Shown here: one piece after another, positions 58,601 to 64,000 of the stretch
Position numbering within the stretch: the first letter of the stretch is position 1
How the letters are laid out: every line of letters starts with the position of its first letter
Assembly: GCA_977030845.1 (NCBI GenBank)
Contig: OZ365114.1
Coordinates: forward strand, 25,296,001-25,360,000
Direction of reading: 5' to 3'
Origin: Fimbriosthenelais zetlandica
Lineage: Eukaryota
DNA length: 64,000 nt
Translations under genes and position numbers: made by a program
The notes under the pieces: model-generated
Told to the model about the DNA's origin: nothing
What the model saw: the letters and a program-made list of their open reading frames with translations, nothing else
Database searches by the model: none

Positions 58601-61600
58601 ACAGCTTGATCCAAAATCTACACACCAAGTACCAGGATGAACGAAGTGGACGTTGAGGAGGATAAAAACAATAGCCCGCGACAAATCTCTCTGGTCAGCT
58701 CAAGCTTCCTTCCAGGTAATTTATCAGTGAGACAAATATAAGATATAAATATTTATCAATCTGCTGTATATGAAATGTTATATTTTTACCTATTTAATAT
58801 TGGTCATTTTTACTGATTAAATATTTGAAAAAATGTTCTTTCAGGAACACATCATTGCTACTGTTCCAGACCTGGTTCTTGTCTCAAGGAAATCTTCACA
58901 AATCCTGATTCATCAACTGTTCCAGACCTGGTTCTTGTCTTAAGGAAATCTTCACAAATCCTGATTCATCAACAGTTCCTGCCAAACAGGTCATGGTGAG
59001 TATCATGTGTTTGTCATTAGTTGGAACCATAAATGTACGCACATAAAACATTTAATTAATAGCCTATATATTTAATTTTTTAAATCCATATTTAGGAAGG
59101 GTGGCACACTGAAGTGTGAGTAATGTATGTGAAGACATTCCTTAGGAAAAATATTCATGTTTTTATATGAACAAGTACGGCTAAATATCTGAATATTTTT
59201 TAGCAATTATTCATGTCATTTTCATTGTTTTTTTCCACAGACAGACCCCTGTCTGACCACCTTCATCTGATGAGCATCGGTTGTGTACAGAAATGGAGGA
59301 TTAGAAAAAACTTGGCATAGGTAAATTTAATATACTTTTGGATATTTTCTAATAAAGCTTTGCTATGGGTGTATGCCAGTTCACTTCTTATTTAAAATTA
59401 GAATACATTAAATAACTTAGTAAAACTTTGCTGTTGGTTCCAGGTTTTTCCACACATCACCAGATGGCAACAGAGTTTTACTCGCCGCACCTTCTCCCAG
59501 ACCAAGACCACTCTAACACAGGTATGTCTAAAATCCAATTCTAAATCTTAAAACCACTTAAAACTCGAGTAATTTCTAGGAATTAATTATCAGTCTCATT
59601 TCTTAACCTTTCAAATTGTTGAAATCAATTCAATACTTGACTGGCAAATGTAAAATAATGTCAGTGACATCATCTATATTATTTCAACATCGTAAACCTA
59701 ATTATCAAACAATATTATATTGCAACTATTCTGTAAAATGTTATCCCTGTTTAAGACTGCGTTATTAACATATTTTCTGGTGTTTTTTCAGGCTCGGCGG
59801 TGTGGAGGGTGCGGCGCCAGTTCGCCCCCCTCCACCAAACCCTAGTGTAATATTACTGTATATAAGTAGGGCCATAACGAGTAGTCAGGTAGATATGTCT
59901 AACCCCTTACCTCCCTCAGCATCAACATCAGCAACAAGTCATCTTTAAACTGGGGCGGGCACTCATCGATGGACACCAACTCTACCACTCTCACAATCTT
60001 CGGCCATCAACTCAACCCATCACAATGTGCCCGACCCCGCCCGCCACTATAAGTACAAATTCACTCTCATTGTTGGTTCTCAGCTTTGGCATTTTGAGTT
60101 CGGCGCACGTAGCTTAGCTGATGACCCTTTTTAATGTATTTCATGTCCCCGCGCTGATCTTTAAAATGCCAGTTCTGAAAGCCACTTCTTTGTATGTCAT
60201 CAGGGTTTCCACTAAATCAAAATTACATAAAATGTCAGAGAATTGACAAATCAGGGAATTTGATTGACCCATATTAATAGCTAAATTAAATTATTCCACA
60301 GCAATTATGTTTAATTGGTGGGAATTTTGTTAGCATGAAATGCTGGTAACCCTGAATTTATGTTTTGTTGCTATCTTTAAGGCTGTTATCTTTCAGGTCT
60401 TCAATCTATTTGTTCACAAATTATATTAATTATCAATTTAGAAGTAAACATTAAAGTAAATTTCCATAGATTATTTACAGGGATGCCAATGTCCAGAATT
60501 ACTATCAAACTATTACAAACCAGTTTTAGCTCACGTTTCATTTTTGGAGAAGAATGAATGGCGTTTATGAAAGTTGCCGTGTCAAAATAATTCTTGCCTC
60601 CATCATGAGAACAAATTTGTACAAAGATTGAAGCAGCACAAATCAATAACAGTAACTTTTACCCAGCAGGAATATTATCACAGAATTTCCAAATCCCAAG
60701 ACCAACCATTTAAATTTCTATTCCATTTGACTATTTGATTAAGAAACCATACAAAATTGGTTCTGGTGAAAAGTAGAGTTCAGAATGTTTAGAGAAATCA
60801 TTAAATTTAAAACTTTTCTAACTATATAAAATTAGACCTTCCAATTACATGTATCAATATTTTGTAAATGGACCTGGCATCCCTGTCACTTGATAGTTGA
60901 GTAAATTGTCAAAATGTATGTTGAATGTGTGCAAGTTGGCCCTAGGACTAATCTAAAATTTCCAATTGTTATTATAAAAGTTATCTCTTTTACTTTTAAT
61001 ACCTCGGATTCCAAGAAAATATTAAAATAAATGAATAATATTGACATCTTTCTGAGATGTTTCGTGCAGTCATACAACCTGGTTATTTCCAAACAATATT
61101 ATTGGCTGTCTTATCCTAATTTATGTAAGATATCTTTTTAAAATCCCAATTCATTTCTGACAATAGTTACTAGAAATCTTTTAGCTTTTTAATTGTAGGC
61201 CTAGATATATATTTTATATTATTTTCCTAGTAAAGTTTTCACCATTTTACGAGTATTTTCTACTATTTTCCTAGAAAATTTCGACTACCCTGGGCCAACT
61301 TGTTTTTCAGCTCCAAAGGATCGCTATATTGTTGTCAATTTTTTTTTATTTAAGAGTCCATCGGCTCTTTTGTGTTTTCAAGAGTCCATCGGCTCTTTGT
61401 TGGCAGTCTGGCCCAAGGATTATTAAAAATCTATTCCCTTTACAAAAAGTATTTTTACAAGGATAACACTGACATCCAAATTGTTTTGCAAATAATGTTA
61501 GTACCCGGTATTTTAGAAGTATTTTTGCCTTTTATTAGTAAATTTCGCCATTGGCTATTTATCTTAAAGACAATTTTGCAAACGTTTACTACTAAAATGT

Positions 61601-62164
61601 TTACCATTTTACTATCTGTATGAGAGGACTTATTTTTATTGTTTACTATTATAATAGTGATTTGTAATCATTTCACTAGTAACTTCTGAAGATATCTAAA
61701 TATTTTCCTGGTATTTTTTTTCTTGAATTATTACTTTTTTTACTAGTAACAGTCCTGGGCCAGTCTGTTTTTCAGCTCTAGCTCATCGCATGGACAGCTA
61801 CACGAGAGTCAATGAAAAGAACAGGATCTTTATTACAATATTACTGTTAAGTTTAGATTTTAAGCTCCACCCGGTCCTCAAATTAAATAGTACTATTTAA
61901 CCATTCACTCCTCGACACTCCTGGGGTGAATATAGGTATATCCTGATTAAATTAAACTGAATAAGATCTCCAAGATTAAAAAAAAATAACGGACAATTTG
62001 TCCTTTGGTCTACTTGCGTTGCCTATTTGCTTGAATTCATTTTGCGACTCATCAATTTTATTTTTCGCGATGTTTTTTCTCGTCGGACAACATTAGTCTT
62101 GTCGCATTCGACATCTCTTTTGTTGGATATCGTTGCGTTTCGCTTTGGCCGTCTTTTTTCTCAC

Positions 62165-62196
62165 CGGTATCGTCTGGTTCGCGTCTTGGCCGCCAT
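62165..62196 (-). other. Candidate first coding exon of a gene divergent from EXT1 (MAAKTRTRRY, donor cg/gtgaga)
   Basis: catcATGGCGGCC start in a CpG-rich patch followed by a donor; no downstream exon identified. Confidence 0.3.
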
Positions 62197-62863
62197 GATG
62201 GATCGCCTAGCCCAGTTGCGCCATCAGTGGTAGACCTATGAACTAATACTCGCGTGGCGCCTCAGTTCACCATATCCACACTAGATGGCAGGTGCGCGCC
62301 TTGGGTGCCCCGCAAGAGCGGAAACAGACTTGAGATTCAAGGCAAGCAAATGGCAAATATAACGTACTAAACACTATTTATTTTATTTACGATACTGACA
62401 AACCCCCAGCTTATCATTGATTGGACATTCTTTCTTTTGGGAGAGACATGTCATGTGAAATAATCAAGGAATAACACACGAATGCCACAGACAGAGTTTA
62501 CTTTGTTTACAGTCCGCCATTTTGACGTCATTGCCAGAAATGGGTACGTTACTGCCGTAAAACCTGAAGCCCAATATCACTAATATATCAGTGATTTTGT
62601 CACATAAATGGACTACATATATTTAACGTGGATCATTTATATATCTGTTATCATTTGGAACATGTCGCATTGTTCTATATTTTTGTGGGGTATATCGACA
62701 CTGTCGACCCGTTTACTGCAGAGACTCATGCTGGGCCAAACATGGCGGAGTAAGAGGCAGTGGGCACCTCCAAGATGCTGAAAACTTTATCACAATCCAG
62801 AATTATCAGTGGATACCGGTAGCCCGGACTCTATGTACGGTACATGAAGACCCGGCGGTGTCG

Positions 62864-63753
62864 ATGCAGGCGAAAAAGCGTTATTTCACGGCGGCTGTAG
62901 TTGCATTGACGCTGCTGTTGTGTTACTTTGCCGTACAACGGTCACAAAATGGCGATGGAAGGGCCTCATCATCATCTGAAAGGGAGAGCTTGTGTTTCCT
63001 TGAGGAAACTGATGTACAAGCCGAGAGGGACTTACGTCCCTCAGCAAGGCAAAGGAGAGAAACTCGCACGCCGGCTTTTGACCACAAGAATTGTCGCATG
63101 GAGACATGTTTTGACTTCTCACGCTGTCGGTTTGGCTTCAAGGTGTATGTGTATCCAGCAGAGGAGAGTGCATCACAGATCTATGGGGAAATACTCAACT
63201 CTCTCAGAGAATCCAGATTCTACACCCAGGATCCTAATGAAGCCTGCCTCTTTGTCTTATCTATAGACACCTTAGATAGGGACACCCTAAGCTCACAATA
63301 TATAAAGAATGTCCAAAATAAACTTGACAATTTAAAATGGTGGAAAAATGGCCAGAACCACATCATATTTAACCTTTATTATGGGACGTGGCCGGATTAC
63401 GCTGAAGATGATCTAGGATTTGAGATAGGTAAAGCAATACTGGCCAAAGCCAGCTTCTCAGAGGCACATTACAGGAATGGTTTTGATGTCTCCTTCCCAT
63501 TATTTCATAAAGAGCATGAATCGAGGGGAGGGGAGGCTGGATACCTACAAGCCAACAATGTCCCACCCATTAGAAAGTATACACTAGTTTTTAAAGGTAA
63601 ACGCTATCTGGTAGGCATAGGATCTGAGACAAGGAACTCTCTGTACCATATTCATAACGGAGATGATATTGTTTTACTGACTACATGTAAGCATGGCAGA
63701 TGGAAGAATATACAAGATGAAAGGTGTGAAAAGGATAACCTGGAATATGACAA
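62864..63753 (+). CDS. EXT1: Exostosin-1 heparan sulfate polymerase, first coding exon; the gene continues beyond the window
   Basis: Starts MQAKKRYF plus a TM segment as in vertebrate EXT1; CRMETCFDF, FKVYVYP, ACLFVLSIDTLDRD, NHIIFNLY.GTWPDY, LVFKGKRYL.GIGSETRN, LLTTCKHG; phase-2 donor aa/gtaagt after EYD. Confidence 0.97.
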
Positions 63754-64000
63754 GTAAGTGTTGTCAACTCTCACTAGATAACTTATCTCAACTTTATTGT
63801 TAGAAGAGTGAATCCTTATCTAGTCTCCATCCCGTTGATACTTTTGTTGCCTTCCCACTGTCACTGGTCGCGAGATAAGGTGAAATCCGTGATAAGATAA
63901 TGAATGGTGGACAAAAATTATGCCCCCTTCTTATCTTTTGACAGTTTTGTTAATATTTAATAATGTCCTAATGATAAGTGTCCAAAATGGTTACTTTATT

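Larger units (their letters stand above)
49510..59850 (+). ncRNA. Putative multi-exon long non-coding or decayed transcription unit
   Basis: Chain of consensus-bounded exons (..49549, 50823-50962, 52527-52613, array exons, ..55377, 55462-55643, 55743-55880, 59241-59320, 59792..) with no frame I could join into a protein. Transcription is inferred, not shown. Confidence 0.4.

Noticed and set aside
60401-60646. 81-aa minus ORF as the second exon of the gene divergent from EXT1
   Set aside because: No suitable acceptor or phase match and no recognisable motif.

Overview
AT-rich eukaryotic (invertebrate animal) genomic DNA with short GT-AG introns; the species cannot be identified from the sequence. 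The left 38 kb is gene-dense: the 3' part of an ASAP-family ArfGAP (+); an unresolved spliced minus-strand gene head-to-head with a THEG-domain gene (+); LACTB2 (-) head-to-head with Hippo/STK3-4 (+); a CTR1 copper transporter (-); and an intronless FATP/SLC27 gene (-). The last Hippo intron holds a young, 5'-truncated Neptune-like Penelope retroelement (RT + GIY-YIG, 17-bp TSD, inverted 5' end) carrying a discontinuous type I hammerhead ribozyme. The 39-61 kb stretch is accessory DNA: tRNA-like relics, a ~410-bp duplication flanking a 6.3-kb insert, decayed ORFs, and a multi-exon apparently non-coding unit containing a ~148-bp exon+intron tandem array. The window ends with EXT1 exon 1. Most notable: the split hammerhead, a tandemly duplicated Hippo exon 2, an in-frame mitochondrial-type extension of LACTB2, a signal-peptide-like exon on CTR1, and the splice-competent satellite. 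Exon models were built by hand from splice sites, frame continuity and remembered family motifs; no database searches were run.
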